Shown here: piece after piece, positions 44,377 through 53,245 of the stretch
How the letters are laid out: each line of letters opens with the position of its first letter
Position numbering within the stretch: the stretch's first letter is position 1
Source of the DNA: an uncultured Desulfurococcales archaeon
GTDB taxonomy: Archaea; Thermoproteota; Thermoprotei_A; EX4484-217-1
Length of the DNA: 64,000 nucleotides
Direction: 5' to 3'
Assembly: GCA_964564025.1 (NCBI GenBank)
Contig: CAZLZO010000002.1
Span: 15,936-79,935 of the forward strand
Position numbers and translations under genes: made by a program
The notes under the pieces: model-generated
The model's database searches: none
What the model was told of the DNA's origin: nothing
Seen by the model: the letters and a program-made list of their open reading frames with translations, nothing else

Positions 44377-44625
44377 CTATCCTTTCCTTTTCCTTCGAGC
44401 CTTTACCTTAATTTTCTTTCGCTCAAGCTTAGTTATATCCTGAAGCGTTGCCTCTCCTCTAAGCATTTTTTCCCAGAGCTCCGTTATTTCCACAAAGAAT
44501 TCTAAATCTTGCACGGAAAGTTCTTCACCATATTCCTCTTCTTCGACAATTTCCTCTTCTTTTACTGGAGCTTCTTCGGTTTTTTCTTCGACAATTTCTC
44601 CTTCAGACAAAAATGGAACCCCCAA
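44377..44625 (-). CDS. Rpo13-like RNA polymerase subunit (acidic N-terminus, helix-turn-helix, basic tail)
   Basis: Glu-rich N-terminus, LSVQDLEFFVEITELWEKMLRGEATLQDI helix pair and the RKKIKVKARRKRKG tail. The architecture matches Sulfolobales Rpo13. 82 aa. Confidence 0.4.
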   Translation of the reverse strand: MGVPFLSEGEIVEEKTEEAPVKEEEIVEEEEYGEELSVQDLEFFVEITELWEKMLRGEATLQDITKLERKKIKVKARRKRKG

Positions 44626-44687
44626 TAATGAATAACGAGGTTAGGATCGAGGAAATAGTAGTTTGTAAGGATATTTAAAAACCTTGT

Positions 44688-46502
44688 TCAACTTGAAACA
44701 TCTATTCTAACTACGATAGGGTCATTCACTACACTATCTTTAATTATAGCATGAAACATCGGTAAATAGTATAATGCTTTTCTCACCATATCATATCTGT
44801 TATCAGTAACGAATCCGGCAAATGTTTTAGCTATATAATCTAAATTCTCCGGCTCTGAAAGTTTGAAAGATATTTTAGTGACTGCATTTGCAACTATGGA
44901 TTCATCGATGTCCAATGGTTGCTGAGTTATAACTACAAAGCCTATACCATATTTTCTACTTTCCATCATTAGTTTTGCTACAAGCGATGGTTCAACTCCC
45001 CTCCTGCATAGCCTATGAGCTTCATCTATTACTATGTAGTTTAGAAGTCTTCGTTTCTCTCCAGTAGCGTACATTTTGTGAGCTATTTTTCTAAGAACCG
45101 TTTCAGCGAGGATAGATTTAACGTAGTCTCCTGGCAAGTTGGCCATAGCTATTACACTTGGTTTTTCAAGAAGCTTTTGAAACTCTATTGTGGTGTTTCT
45201 AAATATAGTGATGGAGAGCGTTCTTAAATATGGCTTTAAACTTTCATATCTAGCTCTTTCAGCTGAAGTTCTCGCATATTCTATTCTTTTCTCAACAACC
45301 TTCAGTAATGTTTGAAAAGTTGGAGGAGTGTTATTCCAAGATTCCTCATCATCTATTAGTATTCCCTTTTCCGCATAAGCTTCTTCAATTAAGTCCTCAA
45401 GAACTGTTCTTTGGAGGTTTCCTAGCTTAAAAACTCTTTGCAGTGTATCAGCTACTTGAACTGTTCTCTCTCTTGGCGATGCACCATCAAGTTCTAAAGG
45501 GTTAATTGATATTTTAGATGCGTCTACAACTACACCATTAAGTTGTTTGATTAAATCTACGTATTCATTATGAGGATCAAGTATTAACGAAGGAATACTC
45601 CATGTAAGGTAGAGTTCTTTCACCAATTTTTTAGCTAAGCTAGACTTACCTGTGCCACTAGTTCCTGTGATTAATACATGGTAATTAACCTGCATATAAG
45701 GGTTAAAAGCGTACTCTTCATCCTCTATTCGCCAATACCATGAGGGTGATTTTGTTGCAGTTATTCTATTCTTTAACCACTCATTAACAGGTTTACCATA
45801 AGTTAACGATGCCACGAGTTTTCCTAAAACAATACCCTCTCTTACGACTTCTAGCCTCTTTCCTCTTGATATTTCCTTCGGCGGAATATGTATTGAATAG
45901 GGTATTAGTATCCATGAGAGAAGAGGCACTAAAATAGTTGCTTGACCTAATTCACGTATAAATAATGAGGAAATTAAGACTCCTGTTAAATATATTATTT
46001 CGTCAAGTAAAGTTAGTGGTCTTAAAATTATTAATAGTAATGAAAGAAGCATTATTATAAGTACCTTCTTAGGTTTTATTTCAATGTTAAAACTTCTCCT
46101 CTTGATGCTTTCTATGAGAAAATCTCCCTTCTTAATTATGAAGGTCCATGAATAGTACAGTGTTATGTAGGTTGCAAATATAGTTAGATAGGTTATAGGG
46201 TTTTTTATGAAGGAGTCTATTGAGAATACTAAATAGTATAGTGATGTGCTTCTCACTAAAAATGCTACGAAAAGCACGTACCTTTTTAAAATGTTCATTC
46301 CAAACGTTAATGCTAAGGTGCTTACGAAAGCCAGTGTTGGAGATTCTAAAAGCGTAGCTGTAATTAGTTGAAATGTTATTATCACCGTATAAAGAATTGG
46401 TACTATGATTAAAGAGCCAACATTACTTACTAAAGCTAACAATAGGAATAATGCTACGATGAAAACTAAGTTTACTACTAAGATAACTTTATTAATACGC
46501 AT
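44688..46502 (-). CDS. Membrane-anchored HerA/VirB4-like (DUF87) P-loop ATPase, a CedB-like paralog
   Basis: 5-6 N-terminal TM helices. Walker A GTSGTGKSS, the DUF87-type NPLE motif and Walker B IVIDEAHRL. 604 aa. Confidence 0.6.
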   Translation of the reverse strand: MRINKVILVVNLVFIVALFLLLALVSNVGSLIIVPILYTVIITFQLITATLLESPTLAFVSTLALTFGMNILKRYVLFVAFLVRSTSLYYLVFSIDSFIKNPITYLTIFATYITLYYSWTFIIKKGDFLIESIKRRSFNIEIKPKKVLIIMLLSLLLIILRPLTLLDEIIYLTGVLISSLFIRELGQATILVPLLSWILIPYSIHIPPKEISRGKRLEVVREGIVLGKLVASLTYGKPVNEWLKNRITATKSPSWYWRIEDEEYAFNPYMQVNYHVLITGTSGTGKSSLAKKLVKELYLTWSIPSLILDPHNEYVDLIKQLNGVVVDASKISINPLELDGASPRERTVQVADTLQRVFKLGNLQRTVLEDLIEEAYAEKGILIDDEESWNNTPPTFQTLLKVVEKRIEYARTSAERARYESLKPYLRTLSITIFRNTTIEFQKLLEKPSVIAMANLPGDYVKSILAETVLRKIAHKMYATGEKRRLLNYIVIDEAHRLCRRGVEPSLVAKLMMESRKYGIGFVVITQQPLDIDESIVANAVTKISFKLSEPENLDYIAKTFAGFVTDNRYDMVRKALYYLPMFHAIIKDSVVNDPIVVRIDVSS

Positions 46503-46588
46503 ACTCTACCATGTCCTAGATTAAATTTAAAAGTTATATTTAATTTTTAAGCTTAACTGGAATACTCACACTTAGGTTAAGTGAAATA

Positions 46589-49423
46589 ATGCTTAGCAAT
46601 AAAAACAAACATACTTCAAATGAAGAGAATGTGTTTAGCATACTAAATCCTAAACTCAAAAGTGTTATTCAAAAATATGGATATTTAGAGCCTACAAAAG
46701 TTCAGAGTAAAGCCATACCGCTCATACTCAAAGGCTATAATATATTAATTGTGGCACCGACAGGGGCAGGAAAAACTGAAGCAGCACTATTTCCCATATA
46801 CTCGAAAATTATTGAAGAGAACTTTGCAAATGGAATTCAAGCACTTTATATAACACCTCTTAGAGCCTTAAATAGAGATATTCTGGTAAGAATGGGGAAA
46901 ATAGCTAAAGACATAGGTTTAAATATAGCTGTAAGACATGGTGATACAACCTACTATTTTAGAAGAAAGATAGCAGAGAATCCGCCACACTTGCTAATAA
47001 CAACTCCTGAAACTCTTCACTACCTTCTGGTTCACGCTATTATGAGAAAAGTTCTTAAAAGTATTAAATGGGTTGTTGTTGATGAAGTAAACGAGTTAAT
47101 GGGTAGTAAGAGAGGCGTAATACTTTCAGTAGCTTTGGAAAGACTTGTTAAGCTCTGTGGAAGGGAATTTCAAAGAATAGGGCTTTCAGCGGTTATAGGA
47201 AATGTTGAAGCAGCTAAAAGGTTTTTAGGAGGACCTAGATATGTTGAAGTTGTTGAAGTATATTATCAGAAGCCATATGAGATTATTGTCGAAGTTCCTC
47301 AGCCTACAAGTGAGGATGAAATAATTGCTTTACGTGAAGGCATTTCACCTAGCACCATGGCTAGATTAAGAAGAATAGTTGAGATCCTTGAAAAGTCTAA
47401 ATCAGGTATAGTCTTCACCAACACAAGAGATTTGGCTGAGCTCTTATCCTCAAGATTAAAGAGAACATTCAATATTGATGTCGGAGTACATCATGGCAGC
47501 TTATCAAGAAATGTTAGATTAACTCTAGAATCAGAATTTAAACAAGGCATCATAAGATACGTGGTAGCTACATCATCTTTGGAATTAGGTATAGACGTGG
47601 GTGAAGTAGATGTAGTGATTCAGTATGGTTCTCCAAGACAGGCAACAAAGCTTCTACAAAGAATAGGTAGGTCTGGACATAGAGAAACTGAGAAATCGAA
47701 AGGCTATGTTATAGCCTTAGCTAACGTAGATGACGCATTAGAATCCCTTGTATTAGCAAGAAGAGTTATTGATAAAAATTTGGAAAGTGAAAGCACTTAT
47801 GAAAACCCGCTTGACGTTATAGTTTATGAAACTGCTGGATTGCTTCTTGAATATGGAGAGATCTCCGTAGACGAGGTCTTTAAGATATTGAGGAGATCTT
47901 TCTACTACAGGAAGTTAAGCTATGCTACTCTTATTGAAACATTAAATTTTGCTTCGGCGATAGGTGTCATTTCTTTTGACGGAAAAATATTAAGGAAAAC
48001 TAGGAGAACTAAGATTTACTATTATGATGTTTCAATGATACCTGATGTAAGGCATTTCTTAGTTAAAAATATTATAGACAACACTATAATAGGGCAGCTT
48101 GACGAAGATTTTGTGATTTCATCACTTAACGTAGGAGCTAAATTTTTGCTTTCAGGAAAGGTTTGGGAGACATTAGATTATGATGAAAAATACGTTTATG
48201 TTAAACCTGCTGAAGATTCTTGGGGTGCTCTTCCTAAATGGGAGGGTGAACTTATACCTGTTGATTATAAGGTTTCTAGGGAGGTAGGCGCTTTAAAACG
48301 TAGAATAATAGAGAAGGGACTCACTGTTCTCAGAAAATATCCGACTTCTCAATCTCTTCTCAATTTCATTGAAAAGCAAATTAAGGAACATTATTCTAAG
48401 ATGGGATGGATTCCTACAGATAGAGAGGTTGTAGTTGAGATAATTGGAGGCAAAAATGTTATTGTAAATTCACATTTAGGTAGTAAAGGAAATTTTGGCC
48501 TAATGCTGTTGCTTACATACTTTCTAAGAAAACGAGGAGTAAATGTTGTAAGCAAAAGTGATCCGTATAGAGTAGTTCTGATGAGCAACTCAATAGTGCA
48601 TTTTGAGGAAATAATTAATGACTTAATTAGCATTAACAATGAGGATTTAAAGTACTTACTAAGAGAGAATATTAAGAAGAGTAATGTGTTTAAATGGCGT
48701 TTGTACAACGTGGCCAAAAGGTTTGGAGCTATAAGGAAAGATGTTAGTGTAAAAAAGGTTTCAAACATTTTAGCATACTATGTTGATACACCTATAGGTT
48801 ATGAGGCATTTAATGAAATAATTGTTGATAAAATAGATTTAAATGCTATTTTCGAGTTCATTGACTCAATTAGAAAAGGTAGGGTTAAAGTGAAATTTGT
48901 TTACTTAGAAGATTATTCACCGCTAACTATGCAAGCCTTAACAACTTATTCTTACTATGATGTTTCAGTAAAGCTCACTCCCATGGGAGAAATAATAGAG
49001 TTATTTAAGCGCAGAGTTGTAGAAAAGCGGGTTAAGCTTGTGTGTTTAATGTGCGGTAGTGTTATAGACGAAGTTAAGATTGCTGATCTTCCAGACTATC
49101 CTAAGTGTAATATTTGCGGGTCAGGTTTTTTAACAATAACATCTACGGGGTCAAGAGACGTAGAAATTATTGTGCGCAAGATGCTGAGAAAGCTTAGACT
49201 AAATCCTGCTGAAAAAGCTATGTTAAGAGAAGAAAAGTTAAAGGCCGATCTTGTGTTAAGATTTGGTAAACCAGCTATAATTGCTCTTTCAACATTTGGT
49301 GTTGGATATAAAACTGCGGCGAGAATAGTTGGAAAGTTTTTTGAAAATGAGAGTGAATTTTACAAAGCTCTCATAGAAGCTGAAACATTATTTATTAGAA
49401 CAAGAAGATTCTGGAAAAGCTAA
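46589..49423 (+). CDS. lhr: Lhr-type SF2 DEVH-like helicase (second paralog)
   Basis: APTGAGKTEAA, ITPLRALN, VDEVNEL, then SAV and a C-terminal Lhr-core-like domain with a zinc ribbon (CLMCG...CNICG). 944 aa. Confidence 0.8.
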   Translation: MLSNKNKHTSNEENVFSILNPKLKSVIQKYGYLEPTKVQSKAIPLILKGYNILIVAPTGAGKTEAALFPIYSKIIEENFANGIQALYITPLRALNRDILVRMGKIAKDIGLNIAVRHGDTTYYFRRKIAENPPHLLITTPETLHYLLVHAIMRKVLKSIKWVVVDEVNELMGSKRGVILSVALERLVKLCGREFQRIGLSAVIGNVEAAKRFLGGPRYVEVVEVYYQKPYEIIVEVPQPTSEDEIIALREGISPSTMARLRRIVEILEKSKSGIVFTNTRDLAELLSSRLKRTFNIDVGVHHGSLSRNVRLTLESEFKQGIIRYVVATSSLELGIDVGEVDVVIQYGSPRQATKLLQRIGRSGHRETEKSKGYVIALANVDDALESLVLARRVIDKNLESESTYENPLDVIVYETAGLLLEYGEISVDEVFKILRRSFYYRKLSYATLIETLNFASAIGVISFDGKILRKTRRTKIYYYDVSMIPDVRHFLVKNIIDNTIIGQLDEDFVISSLNVGAKFLLSGKVWETLDYDEKYVYVKPAEDSWGALPKWEGELIPVDYKVSREVGALKRRIIEKGLTVLRKYPTSQSLLNFIEKQIKEHYSKMGWIPTDREVVVEIIGGKNVIVNSHLGSKGNFGLMLLLTYFLRKRGVNVVSKSDPYRVVLMSNSIVHFEEIINDLISINNEDLKYLLRENIKKSNVFKWRLYNVAKRFGAIRKDVSVKKVSNILAYYVDTPIGYEAFNEIIVDKIDLNAIFEFIDSIRKGRVKVKFVYLEDYSPLTMQALTTYSYYDVSVKLTPMGEIIELFKRRVVEKRVKLVCLMCGSVIDEVKIADLPDYPKCNICGSGFLTITSTGSRDVEIIVRKMLRKLRLNPAEKAMLREEKLKADLVLRFGKPAIIALSTFGVGYKTAARIVGKFFENESEFYKALIEAETLFIRTRRFWKS

Positions 49424-51421
49424 GTGTTTAGAGAAAAGCTTTGTTTTAAACATTAATTCTGCAAGCAATTTTGCAGTGTATTCTCTACTTCTTTTAGTCT
49501 TTCTTCTCCATGCATCGTATCTGTTAAAGATCATAGCTGAAACCAGCTTTTCCACCATAACGTCAGCTATAGGGCATACATCATTACATGCTCTACATTT
49601 AAGACATAGCAGCTCTTGGACTACTGGTTTTGCATTAATTACTTTGATTGCTCCGGAAGGACAAAGGGCTTCACAAGAACCACACTCCACACAATAATGC
49701 GCTCTATAGACAAGCTTTACTGCATCTAAAAACTCTTCAATCCATCTTTCATTAACTTGTGCTTTAACAAGTATTTCACCATTTCCTTTAAAAATATAGT
49801 GAGTTCTAGTTTCATCACTATATACTATTACTTCATCAGCATGTTTTTTAATGGCTTTCCCCAAAATAGCGAGAATTCTTAAGACTTTATCTAAGTCTAT
49901 TTTCTTGCTTAACTTTACCTTAGCTATGATAGAGTCTTCTTTTCCCTCTTTTTCAAAGGAATAGATCTTGGCCTCCACCCATTTTTCATAAGTGCTAATC
50001 CAATCGTAAGCGTTAAACTGCGTTTTTCTTGAGAGAACTTTCTTAGGTGCAGCAGGTCCAAGCCATCTCCATAAGCCTAGCGTTACCCATTCCTTAGGCG
50101 CATTTATTCTTTGAGCCCATTTATAAAGGAAACTCTCCCATTTATTCCATAAGTTAAGATGAGTTTTCTTAACTTCCTCAAATTCAGCTAATCTACTGGC
50201 AGGACACATAAAGCACCCTATTCTATCAAATCCTTTGAAGTATAATGGGTTAACATGTTTGGTAAGTTTCTCTTTAAATATGTAAAGCCATATTGAAAGC
50301 TGACTCCAATACTGTATGGGCGAAACACTTATTACCATAGGAACCCATTTGTTACGCCAAATTCTAGTACTCTTAGCTCTCTCAAGAGATTCGTATGCTC
50401 TCTGACCAACAACATTTAATGCGCCAAAAGGCCATTTTTTAAGCATTTTCTTAGCTAAAGGAACAAGTTTTGCAACTTTACAGCACCATCTGTAGTCCCT
50501 TGCTGGAGGCCCAAATGTATTCACGGTTTTCCAAAAAGCGTTTTCTGCATCAGCTATTTCAAGTTTTAATCCGTATTCTTCAGAAACTTTTAAAACAGTC
50601 TCTAAAGTTTCCGGAAGCTCTATGCCCGTATTATTGAAAAGTAGCGTTATTTCGCCAACACTATTTAGTGCTAAATGAAGTGATACTAAACTATCTTTAC
50701 CTCCGGAAAACGAGACAACAATAGGTTTCCTTATTTTTGAATCCATTTTTCTAAGAAAAGCTTTCGCTTCTTCAACTTGCCTCTCTAACTTATCAATATT
50801 TCCCTCAATTACTTCATTTATTGTTGCTGGTTTCTCTGATGTTTCATAAATAAACTTCTGTCTATATTTCTTAATTACTCGAATTTTTCCGTTTCGAAGT
50901 ACAGCACCTAAACCTAATGGTTCTCCATTAAGATTCGTTATGATAACATATTGGCTCTCATTTATGCTTTGTTTTCTGAAGGGCAATATCTCGTTCTCTT
51001 TAATATTGCTTTTAACAGCTACTGTTTCTACTTCATTTCCCTCTAGTATTTTGAGAGCACTATAATATGATGGTCTAAACTCCCACTTTAAAGTGAAAGG
51101 ATTAAACAATAGTATTCCAGCGTTATTGCCATTAATTACCATTTCTTTAGCATCATCTATGTGAGTTGTTTTGTTTAGTAGAATTATTTTTGAGGAATTA
51201 GCTATTCTTTCAAAACCTCTTTCTGTACCGAATTTTTCTTTAAACGCTTCCTTTGCTATTTCTATATCTCTTGGAAAAGCTATTCTTGCATCTGCCGGTT
51301 CTCTAAGTTTAACTTCTATACCTTCACCTCCACATTTGTAACATTTGCTACTGACAAGTGGGATGTTGCAGTTAGGACACCAATATACTTTAGCTGTTTT
51401 CGGCCAATGCTTTTTCAGCAT
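49388..51421 (-). CDS. Multidomain PP-loop protein: N-terminal zinc ribbon, PAPS reductase/FAD synthetase-like ATP pyrophosphatase domain, C-terminal 2x[4Fe-4S] ferredoxin domain
   Basis: CPNCN...CYKCG at the N-terminus, PP-loop SFSGGKDS, YRWCC, and the ferredoxin motifs CVECGSCEALCP plus CLKCRACNDVCP. 677 aa. Confidence 0.65.
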   Translation of the reverse strand: MLKKHWPKTAKVYWCPNCNIPLVSSKCYKCGGEGIEVKLREPADARIAFPRDIEIAKEAFKEKFGTERGFERIANSSKIILLNKTTHIDDAKEMVINGNNAGILLFNPFTLKWEFRPSYYSALKILEGNEVETVAVKSNIKENEILPFRKQSINESQYVIITNLNGEPLGLGAVLRNGKIRVIKKYRQKFIYETSEKPATINEVIEGNIDKLERQVEEAKAFLRKMDSKIRKPIVVSFSGGKDSLVSLHLALNSVGEITLLFNNTGIELPETLETVLKVSEEYGLKLEIADAENAFWKTVNTFGPPARDYRWCCKVAKLVPLAKKMLKKWPFGALNVVGQRAYESLERAKSTRIWRNKWVPMVISVSPIQYWSQLSIWLYIFKEKLTKHVNPLYFKGFDRIGCFMCPASRLAEFEEVKKTHLNLWNKWESFLYKWAQRINAPKEWVTLGLWRWLGPAAPKKVLSRKTQFNAYDWISTYEKWVEAKIYSFEKEGKEDSIIAKVKLSKKIDLDKVLRILAILGKAIKKHADEVIVYSDETRTHYIFKGNGEILVKAQVNERWIEEFLDAVKLVYRAHYCVECGSCEALCPSGAIKVINAKPVVQELLCLKCRACNDVCPIADVMVEKLVSAMIFNRYDAWRRKTKRSREYTAKLLAELMFKTKLFSKHLAFPESSCSNK

Positions 51422-51427
51422 GGTTTC

Positions 51428-52138
51428 TTACTCTTTTTCATACTTTTCTCTCTTTTTCACATAGTCTTCGTAGGTACCTATAATTTTTGCTGGTATGCCA
51501 GCAACTACTGTATGAGGTGGTACGTTTTTCGTAACTACGGCTCCTGCAGCTACTACTGCTTTTTCACCTACCTCTATTCCTGCAATTAATGTTGCATTTG
51601 CCCCTATTACTGCTCCATCATGTATTTTAACGCCTATTAGACGTCTACTTGGTGGATACTTATCGTTAGTTATTATGACCCGAGGTCCAATGAATACGTT
51701 GTTTCCAATTATTGTTTCAGGAGGAATATAAACTGATGATTGAATACTGACATTTTTACCTATTAAAACGTGACCGTCAATTATTGTCCCAGTTCCTATT
51801 TTAGTGTTTTCACCTATTCTCGTATTTTCCCTTATTAAGACATTGTGTCCTGTTTCAACATTGTTGCCTATGAAGGTGTCCTCATATAATATACTATTTG
51901 ATCTGATAATGCAGTTTGCCCCTATGATTGCTCCAGAACTTACTTCATCATAGATTTCAAAATTTGCATTTCCCTTACTCTTTATTATTTTAAGTATTTT
52001 GGCCTTAGTAGGGTAACCCACTATGACTCCGAAACCCAATATGGTATTGTCCTTAATGATGGAGCGGCCTAGCACTATAACGTTTCCTTCAACAATAACC
52101 CTCTCCCCTATTTTCGCCTTATTAGAAATATAAGCCAT
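51428..52138 (-). CDS. Left-handed beta-helix (hexapeptide-repeat) acyltransferase
   Basis: Tandem [LIV]-G-x4 hexapeptide repeats throughout. Start chosen at M20 of the ORF, where a TATA-like TTATATTA lies about 20-27 nt upstream (leaderless). The longer ORF extends to 52195. Confidence 0.65.
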   Translation of the reverse strand: MAYISNKAKIGERVIVEGNVIVLGRSIIKDNTILGFGVIVGYPTKAKILKIIKSKGNANFEIYDEVSSGAIIGANCIIRSNSILYEDTFIGNNVETGHNVLIRENTRIGENTKIGTGTIIDGHVLIGKNVSIQSSVYIPPETIIGNNVFIGPRVIITNDKYPPSRRLIGVKIHDGAVIGANATLIAGIEVGEKAVVAAGAVVTKNVPPHTVVAGIPAKIIGTYEDYVKKREKYEKE

Positions 52139-52248
52139 TTTGACCACTAATGATATGTAATATAAGGACATATTAATTACATTACTGTTTAGCATTTCAC
52201 AAATACTGTGCTCTAATCGAGTAAATGAAACAATTATATATTTTTAAC

Positions 52249-52400
52249 CGTCGGTATTACTTAAATAATTGATTGAAAAATCATGAACATTATCTCTCGG
52301 TATTTTTAAATAATTATTTAAAGAAATTATTGGGTATTACTTAGTAGTAGATGGTAAATATGTTTTTCTACATATTTTCGTTCGACGTCAGTATTACCCA
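52249..52400. promoter_or_regulatory. Intergenic region with four copies of a (C/G)GGTATT(A/T) motif
   Basis: cgtcGGTATTAC (52249-52260), tcGGTATTTT (52298-52307), ggGTATTAC (52332-52340) and cgtcaGTATTAC (52385-52397). They lie between the divergent gene starts at 52138/52195 and 52419. Confidence 0.3.
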
Positions 52401-52418
52401 TGTGAGTGTGTATTAGGA

Positions 52419-52628
52419 ATGCCTGTAGTATATGTTTGTAAAAACTGTGGTTTTGAATTATATAGGTTTGAACGTGTAGGTCAAGATTACTATGGTTTAC
52501 CTACACCTAGCGAGATTATGAACTGGTATAGTGGAGTTTGTCCAAAGTGTAACGCTAAATTGGAGAGACCAAGCTTAAATAGGATTAAAATTGCCTTTAG
52601 AGGGAAAATTATTAGCTTAAAACAGTAA
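52419..52628 (+). CDS. Small zinc-ribbon protein
   Basis: CKNCG...x24...CPKCN. 69 aa. Confidence 0.4.
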   Translation: MPVVYVCKNCGFELYRFERVGQDYYGLPTPSEIMNWYSGVCPKCNAKLERPSLNRIKIAFRGKIISLKQ

Positions 52629-52860
52629 GTCTGGGACCAAAAATTTCCTTTAAATTTCTTTCATCAAGTCTTTCTCCATTTCCCTCTCCTTTGCTATAAC
52701 TATTTATTAACATTATTATTGCTGTTCTTATTGCTTCGCTTCTACTGGAAAAGTATCCATTCTTTACTAATTCATCAAGTCTATCAAGAAGTTCGCGTCT
52801 TACTTTAAAAGTTACGACAACTGTATCGTTAAGACATAATACACTCAAAAGAATTATCAC
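52612..52860 (-). CDS. Ribbon-helix-helix (CopG-like) DNA-binding protein
   Basis: The segment VVVTFKVRRELLDRLDELVKNGYFSSRSEAIRTAI is a classic RHH (beta-strand then two helices). 82 aa. Confidence 0.5.
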   Translation of the reverse strand: MIILLSVLCLNDTVVVTFKVRRELLDRLDELVKNGYFSSRSEAIRTAIIMLINSYSKGEGNGERLDERNLKEIFGPRLTVLS

Positions 52861-52917
52861 CCAAAAGTATTACCGTAGTAGCAGCTATAAAAGTATTTTG
52901 AGAATTATCTTAAATAA

Positions 52918-53211
52918 TTGCTTTTTAAAAGCCCAAAAAAGCCTTTTAAAAAGCAACATATTCTTAGGGGGATAGTTGTGGATATAGAGGCTCTAATTAA
53001 TGATTTAACTAATAGGGTAGTTATTGCAGCATGGGCACTCTTCATGCTTTCATGGGCGATTGGATGGCTTCTGAAGGGTTCACCTATTCCAATATATAGA
53101 GTAAAGAGGTTCGGACAAGATATAGTTGAAGATGCTATTTTAGGCGCATTTTGGCTAGCTGTGGGAACAAGTATTTTCGCTTTAATAAAGTACATAGCTT
53201 CATCAACTTAG
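52918..53211 (+). CDS. Small 2-TM membrane protein (CedA1-like position)
   Basis: 97 aa with two hydrophobic helices. First gene of the membrane/ATPase cluster. Confidence 0.4.
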   Translation: MLFKSPKKPFKKQHILRGIVVDIEALINDLTNRVVIAAWALFMLSWAIGWLLKGSPIPIYRVKRFGQDIVEDAILGAFWLAVGTSIFALIKYIASST

Positions 53212-53245
53212 TCGGTGTAATGAGAGATACTACAAGGGTTAAGTA

